A DNA stretch of 64,000 nt from contig OZ037765.1 of NCBI GenBank assembly GCA_964035545.1, forward strand, positions 4,536,698 to 4,600,697. The letters are read 5' to 3'. This document shows positions 1 to 41,300 of this stretch, piece by piece (positions within the stretch are counted from its first letter, which is position 1; each line of letters begins with the position of its first letter). Both the position numbers and the translations under genes were made by a program. Below the pieces are notes generated by a model that was not told the origin of the DNA, made no database searches, and saw nothing but the letters and a program-made list of their open reading frames with translations. This stretch comes from Bugula neritina (lineage: Eukaryota; Animalia; Bryozoa).

Positions 1-26939
<26,939 letters not shown>

Positions 26940-29488
26940 TTTGTGTAAATTGATGGAAAATCACATCTTCCAGAAAATATATTGTTAGCAGACTACAATT
27001 AATAATGAACAATAATATTAATGATGGAATCTTGACACAATAAAGCTAGTTTGTGTAACTTTTCCTTACAATCATTAGAATCAGCAAGGCGATGTTAAAG
27101 ACAAATATTCATAAAATTAAATTAAAATTTAGAGCAATGCCAAGGTTCCTAAGACTTTCAATACTTACAACCGTAATTTATGTATTTAATTATGCAGTTT
27201 ATCATCAGATTGCAATTATTATTCATTAAAGACATCTGTAAAACACTGTTCACTGTTGAAAAATTAATCATTCAACATTATTTGTTACTAAAATATATAA
27301 CATAATATGATATAAGAATTAAAATTAGAATAAGTTTTAGCTAACAAAAAACTGTATAGTCTTCAAATTATGAATGTGAGCTACAGGCAAGCATTGGATT
27401 TGGTACAACTTGAATTTGAATAAAGATGAGTTGCTGTAAATAACAGCTTTGTTATCCTAATTTTCTACCAACTTATTCTAAAAAGCAATAATTTCTGCCA
27501 CCTATAGCATACACATATGGCTACTGACATAAGTTAGACTGAGACTTAAAATTTGAACTATTATGTTAAATGAAAATGTAAGTAAACAAAATAGCTACAA
27601 TGATAATATGTCAGCATGAAAGCGTATCAGTATGACAATTTAGAATCAGTGATTGAATCAAGGTATAGCAATAACAACTTTTAGAGGCGTATTCTAATAT
27701 ATATATATATCAGTAAAGCAAAATACTAACTTTCATTCTATGAATTACAAATATGGATTAAATTTAGTCAAAATCAAATTATTTTAATGACAAAACTTTT
27801 AATGATAAAATAATTATTATGAATCAATTAGGAATCATGACAATCAGCATTATGGATACCTAAATACTAACCACAATCATGATGCCCACTAATAAGTTGA
27901 ATAAATTTATTAAGTTAAATAGTTATAAGAATGAATATAATACTAATGCTAATGGTAAGCCTAATAGCTATAGACACTTTATAGTTCATAGTAATAGTAA
28001 TACTAATATCCATAAACATACTTATAGGAACATGAAAATCAACTTGGTGTTGAATACTGCTAATTACACAAATATTTTGATACTGATAGTCATAGTTATA
28101 CTCAATCTCACAAAGACAATTACTGAATCAGCTAATTATCAACCTACTTTTACTAGCTAAATTCAAACTGAAAACAAATGATAATGGTAAGTTCTATCAA
28201 TATGAATATGGCAGAGCCACATGATAGCATTCACAATGCTGACCATCAAATATTTTTTATTCTTATAATGACTTTCACTAAGGCTTAATCTTATGCGTGC
28301 TTCAAGGCTCAAGTCACTCAACCTCAAGCCTCAAGAGTTAAGCTCAAGGGCAACACTGTCACTAACACCTAAGGCTAAGGCTAAAGTTAAACTTAAAGTG
28401 TAAAGTAAATGTGAATTTCAAGTAATTAAGACATAGTCATGTGTCACTGACATAATTTATATCTCGTGATAAAATAAAAATGTCAATACCAGCTGCAAGT
28501 TACTTTTACTTTTAGAATTGAGTTAGAGTGAGTGTGACACTCAGTGTCACACTGACAGTGACTAAGACTGGTAAGACAGACTCCGAGAGTCAGCAGAGCA
28601 GTCAACTTTAAGCCGCAGTTATGAGTTACACAGCATTTTACGGCCGCATACACATTTATGTTTTAGGATTACAATAAAACTAATATGTAAATTCAATATC
28701 AACCTACTTCTCGCAGTCCTACATGACCAAAGGCTTTAGACTTTGTGAACTGCAACTTCTACTGTTATCTTCCTAATTTTCATGTTATTCAATATCCGGT
28801 TCATATTGATTAACATTCATATTACCTTAGATTGCGGCTTACTAACCGAGTATAGCAGGTAGAATTAAATTATGAAAAAATATAGCAGCAGCGAGTTTTG
28901 TGTGCTAGCAAGGCTGTGCTCGCAACAAATGCATAATATTATACTACTTGAAAATCCTTGGAGTTATCTTTTCATTAGGAGAGCAAAATTTATAGCTAAA
29001 ATTGTTTGTAGTTTGTTCACAGCATTATTTATTTTCACGCACAAAGAAAAGCTGAATGTATATGTAATGCAAGAGACAATAAATCTAAAAAATGCTGCTA
29101 AAAGCACTTTTGATTTTATTTAAAAAAATTAGTGCTATTTATAACGTAGAGCTATTTACAAGAAAAACAATTAAAAGGAGAAAAATGCAAGATGAGGTGA
29201 ATATAACATATGTTATTAAACAATTCAACTTTAAATTTTTCTTGGTGCAGCGTTTTAGCTTAAAAAAGTGTAATATGATACAATGCATAAAACATATCAC
29301 ACTTATTTACATTGAGATAAAATAAAGAATTTTTATGATATTAGTATATTTAACAACATGGCATCATAATCCTAACTAGTCATGATAAAAACACATAGTG
29401 GCCATTATAATACTGGTATATACAAAAGGTAAAATACAAAAATCATGCAAAGCATATACATTAAAACAGTAAAACTATAAATTTTGAG

Positions 29489-32400
29489 TTATGAATGACT
29501 GAGATAAGAGTTTGTGTTACGTGAACGATTGTTTAGATGAGCTAAAACAATTCTCTCAAATGCTGAATAACCCAATAAGCTGTAAGCCATAGGCATGAGG
29601 GCTTTCACATAACCCTCCAAACTATCATCACCATAACAAAAAAGATCACTGCCAAGTTCTAAACCCTGTCCGTAGTCACATTCATCATTGGCAAACTGCA
29701 CATATCTGTTAAAATTTAAAAATAAAATTAACAGTAAAAATAATGAAAAAATAAAATAATAACGTTCTATCTCAATACTTGTAGAATTGAGCAATAAATT
29801 TTGCAACTCCTGAAATATTTTGATGTAAAAACTTGCAAAAAATAAATATATATAAATTGCAAATAAATATGTAAGCAATAGGTATGTGTTAGCCGAATAA
29901 CAGCTGTATGGTTCAACATATTATAAATGAAATCAAAAATAATAGTAAAACATGTAAAGAGTAAGTAAACACATGTTTTTTCCATGATTGTCATCTGTTT
30001 AAATAGCAAATCAAATGTATTATGCAAAAATGTTAAAAACACTTATATACTTATCAACACTACACTTGAGTTTAAAACAGAAACTATGCTTTAAAAACTA
30101 GTTTGGCAAATGATTAAAAATTGTATTACAAATCCAAATGAGTGGCAAAGTACAATATACACAAAATGGTGGTAGTCGAGAAGAAAATAAATTTTGGAGT
30201 TATCTTCACTTAATAAATTTGCATACACAGAAAAATGCCAAGACTCACGTGATCAGCTCCTGGAGCTCATCTGAAGAGGCATCTTTGTTCTTATCACACG
30301 TAGCTATAGACATAAACATCTTCTTCAGTTCCCCAATAGACCTCGGGACCTCTCTCCACCCAACCTCATTCTCATCAACAGGGACGACAATTCCTATAAA
30401 GCGAGTCAGTTGGTTAGACAACTCCCACTTTTATTATATAGTCAGTCACAAAAGCAGAAACAGTTGGACGAACTTAACCAATTAACTAAACTCTAAAGCT
30501 TCATAGTTTTAGCTATAGTTCAATGCACTTAACTGTCTAATCAAATAAGGCTTAACATTCTACTTCTTACAGCAAGGAATGTTCATATCAGTTTAGTAAT
30601 TTTACCTGCTCCATGAAATCCTTTGCTTACAATCTTTTTCTCTCGAGTTCTGATTTTCTTTGTCCTTTTTCCACATTCATAGCCATGCTCAGCAGTAAAC
30701 TTTTCAAGCTTGGCAATCAGCTACAGAATACATTTGACTGTATAAATACAATTCAAGGATTGATCATGTAAACCAGATTAGCATGCATGAGTGGCAGTTG
30801 AAAACTTTGCAAGGAATTTGGATAAATAATACTTTTAATTTAACCCTGAAATCTCAATGAATGAAAAAACACCTTCAAAAGTTTCAAATAATTATACATT
30901 TTCTATTTAAATTATTTAGCTCAAAACTTTTTTAAATGCGACACTTTTGTTTTTTTAACTCAAACTTGGTGCTTACAATAGTAATTAGAAATTAATTTTA
31001 TTAATTATACATTGCTGGATAGATATTTCAATTTCTTGCTTTACAGTAGTAATTAAAACTGTCAAAAGTTCTTTAAATTAACACCGTCACAATCTAAAAA
31101 ATAACTAAACTATTTAACCGCAATGATACATGTATCCAAATAACATAAGATCGTAATATCTTTGGCATGAAAATGCTGCATAAACTTACTACAAGAAAAC
31201 TCAACAGCTGCGCCAAAATTAATATTGTATAGCTTTATATGTGAGCTAAAGCTTATATAGTAAATATGAATTACATACATATTTAGGGCAGCACTGCGAT
31301 AATCATTACAAAATAATTAAAAAAGGAATTGAAATAACCTTCAAACACTGCAAAGACCTCTTTCATATAAATAAAACATATAAACACTGAAAGACCCTTT
31401 TTGATAAATTGGTGACACACCTTCTTTAACAACAGCTTAAACAACCAAAGTCTGAAAAAAGACTTAAATGTAAGTTCAGAAGTAGTTTTATGCAATATCA
31501 TTTCTGCGGAGGGTCTCTCCCTACAAAGTTTAGCAGAGGAAGAAACACGTTTGATTACCTGCTTGCCTTTTGGTTTATTCTTGTACTCGGACCCCTGGAG
31601 GTAAGAAAACACAGCAGCAAATATGTTGTCACTCAACACTGTCAGTTTACAGCCGTGACTAGAGTCATTGCTAGCTAGGAAAACAGGATCTTCAGATGGA
31701 CTGTCTCTGTAATACCCAATGTGATACTGGCTTCCTTCCTTTCTACCTGTTGATAATACATTCTAATACACAATAATTCTAAATATTTTGAATTGGATAT
31801 TGAGAATAAAAGTGCTGATACAGCCTAATCGGCAAAAGATTCTCTTGTGTGCAAGAAATGCAGGAGATGTAGTCTACTGAAAGAGTAAGTGCTCCTTTCA
31901 ACTAAACTATTGAGAAAGAAATATAAAAAGTGGAAGCAACCCTGAATATACAACAGTTTTTATCCAAAAAGCTGATTAGGCTAGTGAACATTTTCGTTTA
32001 TATAACTGTCAAACATGTAAACTCATCCTGATTTCCATCAAAATAAATATTAACTTACTTAACAACACTGTTTGGAATTCCGGCATGTCATAATAAAATC
32101 TGTGATGGAGGAGATAATCATCATCATTGTCAGATGATTTGCCGAGGAGTACATCATAAGGCCCACCTAGACTAGATTCAAACAAACAATTTATTTCTTA
32201 GGTTCTATTTACAACTTATTATATAACGTATACATTTTTGCATTATACAATCAAGTGTTTTGTTGACAAAGTAGTGCTAATATGTAGACTTCTATTAAAG
32301 TAATTCTATAAATAAAATGAACAGCTACATAACTATTAGTAATTAAACAATCTACAATACAGCTTTTATACTAAGTTAAATCTAAAGTTGATCTTTGTAA

Positions 32401-32688
32401 ATATAATATTTATTCCATTTGTTTACAAAACAGAGTCAAAGTGTTCCAGGAAATATTGCACAAACTACTGGCAGGTAATTAATACCTCAAATCAAATGGT
32501 GTCAGAATATTGTTGGGATCTTCAGAATTCAGTTCATGTAAAAATGTCCAAAACCGGTAAAAATCTTCAGGCATTTTAACAAGAAACTTATTCTCAACTA
32601 ATAGCCTTTTTTTCTCATCAATCAGCAGGGAAGGGGAGACGCTGGCAACAGTTTTCTTCTTTTTAGTGGGAGGCTCATTAGCTGCCAT
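29489..32688 (-). CDS. HPF1: Histone PARylation factor 1 (about 326 aa)
   Basis: Motifs MPEDFYRFW, GPYDVL, HRFYYDMPEFQTV, YHIGYYRDSP, KGFHGAGIVVPVDENEVGWRE and YVQFANDECDYGQGLELGSDLFCYG (the ANDECDYG motif carrying the catalytic Asp/Glu pair). Exons: 32486-32688, 32059-32171, 31559-31746, 30606-30720, 30249-30393, 29489-29705; phases consistent. Confidence 0.95.
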
Positions 32689-35082
32689 AGTCTGTAAAGC
32701 AACAATTCTTTTGGAAACACATACAGTTGCTGGCAGTATACAATTAGAGTCATTGCTAAATGGAAGCACTTACATACAATTAAACTAGCAATGCACAGAC
32801 AAAACCTTAATGAAGCAGAGTTATCTGCCTGAGTCAGACAACTTTTTGCACATTATAATTCACAAATATAATACATTTTTTATTTGGGTTTTTGCCTTGT
32901 AGCAGTTCATAATTTATTTTCTAATATAAATGTAAATATTATGGCTGCTTACTATTTTTAAATATTAATAGAGTAGTATTCATAATTTATGAACTTTGAA
33001 ACTACTACTATAGCTTTTAGACACCATTCACACATATCAAGCTATGCCTTTCTTTATTGTCGTTATAATACATTTTACAACTTTCTTTTATTTGATTTAT
33101 ATAATAATTTATGCCGTTTATAGAAATATTAAATGTTAATACAAACTAGTAGCAGTATTAGTATTACTGCCACATGAATTTAATTATTGTATTCAAATCC
33201 ATATTGTAACTTTCTAGTAGTGGTTACACGTTAGTTTTATACACTCACACTGCTACAGTTTGAGTTGCCATTAACAAAAATAAAAGATCAGTAGCTTGAT
33301 AAAGCAGATCCTTAGTTAAAATATAAGACTAAGTCAGTCGGAGTCTCTTTTCAACAATTATTATTGTTATTAATATTATAAAGACTGCAAGTCAAATGAA
33401 ACTTGAGAGTGATAACTGAAAAGCTACTCAAAAGTTTTACTGTAGCAGTGTAGGTATAACTATAAAAAAATAAAAGTAAAACTTAAACTACTACTAGTAG
33501 TACTACTACTAGACAGCAGTTTTAATATGTAAAAGTTAAAACTCTAAAAGTTGTGATCATTATCATTCATTATCAATATGTGTTCATTACCATTATGATT
33601 ATGAAAATCAATGATTCAATTTCAATGTGAATGAGATTATCCCTACCAGTACCAATATGATAATTATCATAATAATATTATGAAATTATGAAATTGAATG
33701 TCAATATCATTCATTCATTGTACGATTAACTTCATTATATTCATTATCATAACGATAATGATAATCCTTATAGTTATAATTATAATTCTTCTCACGTAGA
33801 TACATTAAGTATTATTACTACTATCACTAGTAATAGTAGTTTAAAATACAGGTTGGTTTTCTTATTTGAAAGTGTGGTGACCAATTTTACAAACCGATGT
33901 TGTTGTTAATTTTGCATGTTACGGATATTATCGTGCAGAACAGTTTTAAATAGAAGGGTTGCAAAATCTCAAATATGCGACGGACTAGTTACAATAATAT
34001 GTTATAATATTTTCCGATATAAATAAGTTTGGTTATTGCAAAAGATTTCGAAAACGTTAAAAGAAGATAAGTTCTTCATTATTTTCTAACTCAAAATGTA
34101 AATATAAGATGATTCGAAAAATTCTGAGCCACCAATTGATAAAAATAATTTCCTATTTCGCTCAACAGCAGATTTTAATTTGACAATAATGAATGGTACA
34201 ACGCTATCTTTTTTGTATGCAAAAATGTCAACATCTCGGTAAATGCATCACCTGCTGTATCAAGCACCAATAGCTGCACTTACTGTGTTAACTGTATTGA
34301 AAATAAGACTATATATGTAATATATATTTAAAAGGTATTGCATGTTCACTCTATTAGAATATTGCTTATTATGAAGAATGGTAATTTTAGTGTGCACTTC
34401 GAATGCAGTTTAATCTAAAAAACAGCTTTTAAGAAGCACTCATACAATTACTTTGCATAAATAACGGTTATTTATGATTACATAAATAGGTATGTAACAT
34501 TACAGTTCAAACAAAGCCTTTGTCATCATAAGATGTACTATCATCATTTTAAACACATTTTATTATTTTGTTTAAAAACTGGCAAAAATGTATTAGTAAG
34601 TCTGAAATTATTAATTTAGAAACTATAAATTGCATACAATACAGAGCCAATAAAAATAAATTCACTGTGAGAAAAATGAATAATAAAGTCAAAAAATACT
34701 TAATAGAGATTTATAAATAGAGATTATGCATCAAAATCAATCACAGTATAGAAAATAAAACTGCAAAATAAATAATGAGCAAAGTTCATATTATAAACAA
34801 TCAAGTTTTCAAGACTATAAAAACTGCTTATAAAATAATATAAATAAAAATATATAGAATATGATGTTTTCCTGCAGTAAGATTTCATAGAAATTGAGTA
34901 TTTTTGTGTATTAGAAACAGAAGAAATTAGAGTATAGGAGGTAGGAGCAATAGCTGAGCACCTCTCTAGTACTGCTGTAGGAATTGAGGCTAACTCGAGT
35001 TCTGAAACAGAAAATAAATTAAATCCTGCTTAAGTTGTCCTATTTCATAGGAGTGACAATAGCAAAAGACTGTCAGGTAATA

Positions 35083-35169
35083 AAAAGCACATGCTAGCAT
35101 ATGACAGGCAATGAAAGAGCGCATGTTGACATATGACAGGCAATGAAAGAGCAAATGTTAGCATATGAC
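35083..35169. repeat. ~32-bp tandem repeat (about 3 units) 3' of the SLCO-A stop codon
   Basis: aaagagcgcatgttagcatatgacaggcaatg repeated. Confidence 0.8.
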
Positions 35170-35386
35170 TGATTAAAGAACCAGAAATCGGAATGTTTAG
35201 TAAATTTGAACATTTAAACATTTCATAGATATTTAAGGTTAATTTTTGTCTACCGATCAGTAATTTCTCAAACTAAAAAGTACAGAAAGTTCCTGTTTTG
35301 AGTTGACTTAAAAATATATCCAAGACAATGTAGAGTAAAGATTCCAAAATAATTCAAATATCAGCTTAGCCAACCATCTACAACTA

Positions 35387-38300
35387 TCAAAGGGTCGCTT
35401 GACCTCTTACCATTTCATCCTGAAATAGATGTTGAGTAGATTCGCCTAAAGGATTGACATCAGTTTCTTTAGCAGGGTAAGCTAAAACATCCATGCTCAG
35501 AATGACTTGTTCCTCACTGTCAACCTCTGGGGGTTTATATACAACCACTCCCAATATATTAAATCCAATAGATAGGATCTTGAGTATAATAGTGATTATA
35601 AATAATCTCATGGACATGTCAAAGTTGCTGTATATCCAACATGAGCCCCGCACTGAGCATTCTTCATCCCATAAACTACAGCTTGCATCTATCATAGAGC
35701 CGAATATTATAGGACCAGGTAAACTACCTGTAATATAAGATACAGAATATTATAGGACCAGGTAAACTACCTACAATATCAGATACAGAATATTATTCGA
35801 TGCATACAATATATTACAAGGCAGGAAAAATCACTGGTAATAAAAGTCAAAAAATACATGTAAATATTATGGCCTAGTTAACAAGACTACAATAATGTTA
35901 ACCAAAAATATAAGGTCATAAACACTTACCGAAAAACCGAAGCAGAAACCATTTCAGAGAAATTGCAAAAGCTCGCTGTCTTTCAGGCACAACCCTGTAA
36001 CAGACAAAAAAGCATTGCTTATATCAGGATCACATCGAATGTTCTTTTAGAAAATATTACATAAGAATACATAAGAGTCATTTTACTTTATTTAGTACAC
36101 ATCAGCAAATTATGACAAAAAATTTTAGTTTGCTCTAAATTCATTAAAGTGTGTAATAAATTAAGTAAAATGTTTCATAAATTAATAAAACCCAGAACCA
36201 TGCAACAGAACCTTATATAGAAACAGTCTATTTTCAATAAAATAAAAGATTACATGAGGAAATAACATGTGCCAGTTCACCTGAGAGTGGCCATAGTCAA
36301 AGGTGCTCCTATCATAAATGTGGCAAAGAAGAGGAGAAAGACTATTGGAATGAATACACCGAGCAGTCCACAGCCCGCAAGGCAGGTGCCAGCTTGTACT
36401 GGAGTAGAGCTGTTGAGCGGATGACCTTGAAGGTCAAAGGCTGAACAGGAACAATTCTCATAGACCTGTAAAAAAACACAAAGAGTAGTTTACAAGATCC
36501 ACAGCATCTAAGGATTTGCTTGCATCCAGCGAATCTCTATCGAGTCTGTATCACCATGGTAATGAGTGTACTCACTACACCATGCAGCAAATATTCCAAT
36601 TCGTTATGGGTCATTTTACTTAATTTAGTACACACTAGATATCTTCAGTCTTTAGCGATTTTCCACTATTTAACTGCTAATGAACATGGGTTTTTGATCA
36701 AAGCTAGTAAAACACCGATAAATACATCTAAATAATCAAAGATCTTTTTAATTTTGCTCCATTTCCCATGTTTTTTCCTAATTATTCAGCTACTTATTGT
36801 TACGGATCGTTACGGTTTTTTCGCAACGGTTCGCACTCCTAATAAGTTTAATAAATAAAAAGAAACATGGGAAATCAAGCAAAATTAAGAAGAACCTGAA
36901 TTATTTTGGTCTATTTATTGGTGTTTTACTAGTTTTGGGCAAAAGGTCATGTTCATTACCATTAAAACTGTGAAAAATAGCTAAAAACTGGAGATTTCAA
37001 TGTGTACTAATTTAAGTAAAATGACTCTTATACAACCACTTGACCCAACAAAGTCTATTGTGAATATAGTTTAGCCTTTAGAAGGCTATGCTCAAAATAA
37101 ATATAATCAGCTTGTCCAGAGGACACAACTCCAAATCAATTTTGACTTGATATTTTTATGATTTGTTTTGTTTTGTGTTAGGTAGAAGAAACATAGCAAT
37201 CAAAAGCACTGGTTGTAACAAATACCGGATTGCACACATGCTAACTGCTTCACACAGCTCCATTTTTCACCAGGAGCACTACATACCCATGACTAGAATT
37301 ACCTATTGAGTTTAACCAACAGAATAATGATAAAGTAACTGTATTATTCAAAGTCTAGTATTTACCGTATCATCACCAGTTTCAACAGGTTGCAGGGAAC
37401 AACCGGCATGGCAAGGAGAGAAATACTGAATACCGTCTGCACACACAGGTTCATATGTACTTGTACTACATCCACACTCTGAGTTACACATTGAGTTCAG
37501 ATCTACTTCTTGTAAAGCTGATTGTCTACAGAAAACGTAATGAACTCTCAACAAATGTATTCCATGTCTAACAGTCAATTCTATTCAGGCGTGAATTAAG
37601 TTAACTAGACAGCAGCCGTGGTCTAGGGGTTAGAGCGTTAGCTTAGAAAACACGAAGTCATGGGTTTGAACCCCAGTAAAAGCCATTGGTGATGTTAGGA
37701 AGAGCATCCAGTCATAATTGCTCCTGTGCCCAATCTGAATAAGCCCTTAGCCCATTCAACAAAAAAAACGTCTCCATCAGAGGTTTTCTCACAGGGATGG
37801 TGTCTAAACTTGTGTGAGTTTTTATGAAATAGTGAACTGTACAAACATTCAGGCAATAATCCAGCACTGACCCGGGATAGTCTATAGTCACTCCTGCGAA
37901 GTCAGCATCTACACACTTGGCCCAGAAAATTGGAGACAGGAGGAGAATAATGACAGAGCACATGGTGGTCAGCTTTAGTATGTCTGGGACCTTCAGTTCA
38001 AACCTCTTGCAGAGATATCCGCCAAGGAACTGGCCTACGGCAGCCCCGGGTACTGCCATGAATCCTACGCAAGGTTCACAGATATACAGAATAGACAGAA
38101 ATAAAAATAAAAGCATTGAATCTCAGCAAATAAACTGGACAAAGAGAAAGTTCATTCAGAATCAAGCTATTATATGCAGTATCATTTCCAGCAACGTTGA
38201 TTGTCATCACGGTGATGGCATCAATAAAATTTGATGAATTCATAATAAAAATAATGATAATAAAAAAGAAAAAAATTCTAAAGCTACAACTAATTTCATA

Positions 38301-41300
38301 AGTAATGCTTTTGGAGGGAAAGATAAAATGAAGTAAAACTCATGAAATATCTTGAAAAAACTAAAATACTACGTTACTAGTTTTAATAGGCCAGAGATTT
38401 TACTAATAAATTCTTGCATTCACACTCGACACAGATAACAAAATCAGCATGCCCAATACAAGAAATTGTATTTAAATTACTTCCATCATTATCTACATAC
38501 AAGCATACACTGGCTCTATCACTTGAGCACATATAACATACATATAACATCATATATAGAACATAAACTTCTGCCAGGAAATAGCCTTAGCTCACCTGTT
38601 AGCTTAGCAGCCCAGCCCGCTGTTTGATTAAACTGGTTACTGATATACTTTGGCATGAAAGTACTGAACCCAGCTGCCAGAGAAATTTCCACAGTGCCCA
38701 CCAATGTGATGCATATGAAGGTGGGGTTCTTTATCAAGTACCTGCAACACACCTGTCACTTGTGAGAACCACAAGCTAACATATACTGCTCTAGTCAGCC
38801 AGTGGTCAGCATCAACATACATCTTCATTCTATTACATGGCATGATGCTATTAGAGCTGGAATCCTTGACACTTGTTACTTTTTGTGATTTGTATTTACA
38901 TGTTCTTTGAAGTAACTTGAACCAAACTATAACAACATAAACTGGCTGTTTTGAAGTTGTCCCTCCTTTGATCATAAATAAATCTTGAGTTGAATAAGAC
39001 AGACATTTACTAATTGTACATAATTCAACCATGAATGTTGCATTAGGGGGGGGGGGAGTAGGTAATATGCGTGCACCCAGGCATAAGAGTTAGAGAAAAC
39101 ATGCTGACTAGCAGCGATACCCACCAGGCAGCTCTGGGCATGTCTCTAAACGTTAGTCCAAACCCTTTACTGTTGACTACATCTTCATTACTATTCTGAT
39201 GAGCTTCTGACACTTTCGCTGCTCTAATGGCTGCTGTACCTGCAATCATCCCGCCATAACTTCACTATTTAAATATCTCCGTATAGACTGCAATAAAATT
39301 ATCACACAGTTGACGATATGTAATAAAAAAGCTGAATAAATTATCTCCACCTGGCAACTCTTTGGGGAATAGAAACATGACCAGTGCTAGAAGAGCAGAA
39401 AAAATTGAACTGATGAGAAATCCTAACCACCAGGCTCCAACCCATCTGGGATCATTAGGAGTTAAACCACTGAAATGTAGAGAGAACACAACTACAAGAT
39501 TTATGCAAAATTCTTCTCTATGCATGGAAATGTGCATTAAAGTTGATGATAATTTCAGCGTTGAAATAATAATTTTAGTTTGAGAAGTTGTCTGTACTTG
39601 CAATTCACAGTGAAAACTTGAAAAACTAGCAAATATCTCGAAATCTAGAGATAAACAAAATAAGAATTACATATTCACTTACATATATTCACTGGAAAGG
39701 GGATGCATATGGGCATCAATAGTAATGACTGATACTCAACAGTCCACGACTACTTACCAAGGGAGAGACTACTTACCTAGGGGAAGATTACTTACCTAGG
39801 GGGAGACTACTTACCTAGGGGGAGATTACTTACCTAGGGGGAGACTACTTACCTAGGGAGAGATTACTTACCTAGGGGGAGACTACTTACCTAGGGAGAG
39901 ATTACTTACCTAGGGGGGAGACTACTTACCTAGGGAGAGATTACTTACCTAGGGGGGAGACTACTTACCTAGGGGGAGATTACTTACCTAGGTGGAGACT
40001 TGGGATAGTCTACATATATATTCAATAAGGATCCACCCAGTATATACCCCACAGCAGGTCCTAGTATAGAAGACGAGCCCATTATACCTGAAACATAACA
40101 CTAGCATATAATCTAGAATTGTCTATGCAAACCTGTAGCTTTGCTATAAAAATATAATATAAAAGAGCTATTTTAAAAAAGCTTTAAAATGAATGCTTTG
40201 ACTATAAATTTATATTGAGTCATCTGCAAGAGAAGAGCTGTCCATTGCAACATTCCAGCGAAAAACAGGACCTTTCAAACTGGCTGTCAGAGAAACAGAA
40301 TGCTAGTAAAAAAACGCATAGTTATGGTGACAGTTTTAACACAGACAGTTTCTTGTTGGCAAAAGTTTGTATAATCAACAGTAACACTTGTTAACGTACA
40401 TCTACAGTGACTTTTGTAGAGAAATTTGCTTGCTTTTACATAAATTGCAAATTCTGAACCTCTTCAGGAAATAATGATAAGCTGATGTTAGAAGCTTATC
40501 ATTATTCAGATGTTTTTGAACCTGCCAAATGTACAGTGTTTCCAGCATCATTATTTTTTACAACAGTGATGAGTTAAAAAGATATATTTTTCACAAGAAT
40601 GTCCCAATATTAAACAACATCATATTTACATGCAATGATCACATTACAAACAAAGCTATCATACAACAACAAAAAAACATTTAAATCAGATGTAGATAAG
40701 ATAGATAGTAAGTATCTATAACTTAGGGCATATAATCCATGATCAACGTGGATTCCAGCAAAATGAGGAGAGGATGGAGGATAGAAGAAGAGGACCGAGA
40801 GATGTACAAGAGAAAATCAACACCAAACGAACCAATAGAGAAGATACGGATTGAAGACGAGAATGATTAGGAGGGTAAGAAGGATAAATGCAAGATGGCA
40901 GGAATCAGTTAAATAGAAGATATGTAATTAGCTACAAAGAAGCTGGTTAATAAAAAGATAGTAGACTAGGTGAGGATAGTAGTTGGGAGATTAGTGTGAA
41001 GTAGGAGATAGAAGATAAGAGAGAAGGTAGAAATTAACAAAAAATAATTAATATTGAAGCAACAAAATAGGGCTATCATAGATTGGCAGAGTATTCAATA
41101 TTTTCAGTAGGTTAATCAACATAATCACAAGTGCACAATGTAGCAACAGCAGCAGCAGCAGCAGCAGCAGATGGACATCATGCATCATGCACAAGAGACC
41201 TTGAAAGATCAAAACTTACTTCAGGTGAATCCAGAAATGTGACTAAACATAATCACCAGAAAACATAATAGATATATATATATACATGATACCTAATTTA

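Noticed and set aside
37607-37680. tRNA gene (also at 43970, 54621 and 61620-61690)
   Set aside because: A and B boxes are present but there is no convincing cloverleaf, and the long copies continue into a shared non-tRNA body with a TSD in one copy, so these are SINE heads.
40740-41050. Purine-rich stretch in SLCO-A intron 4
   Set aside because: There is strand bias but no ORF, repeat unit or recognisable element.
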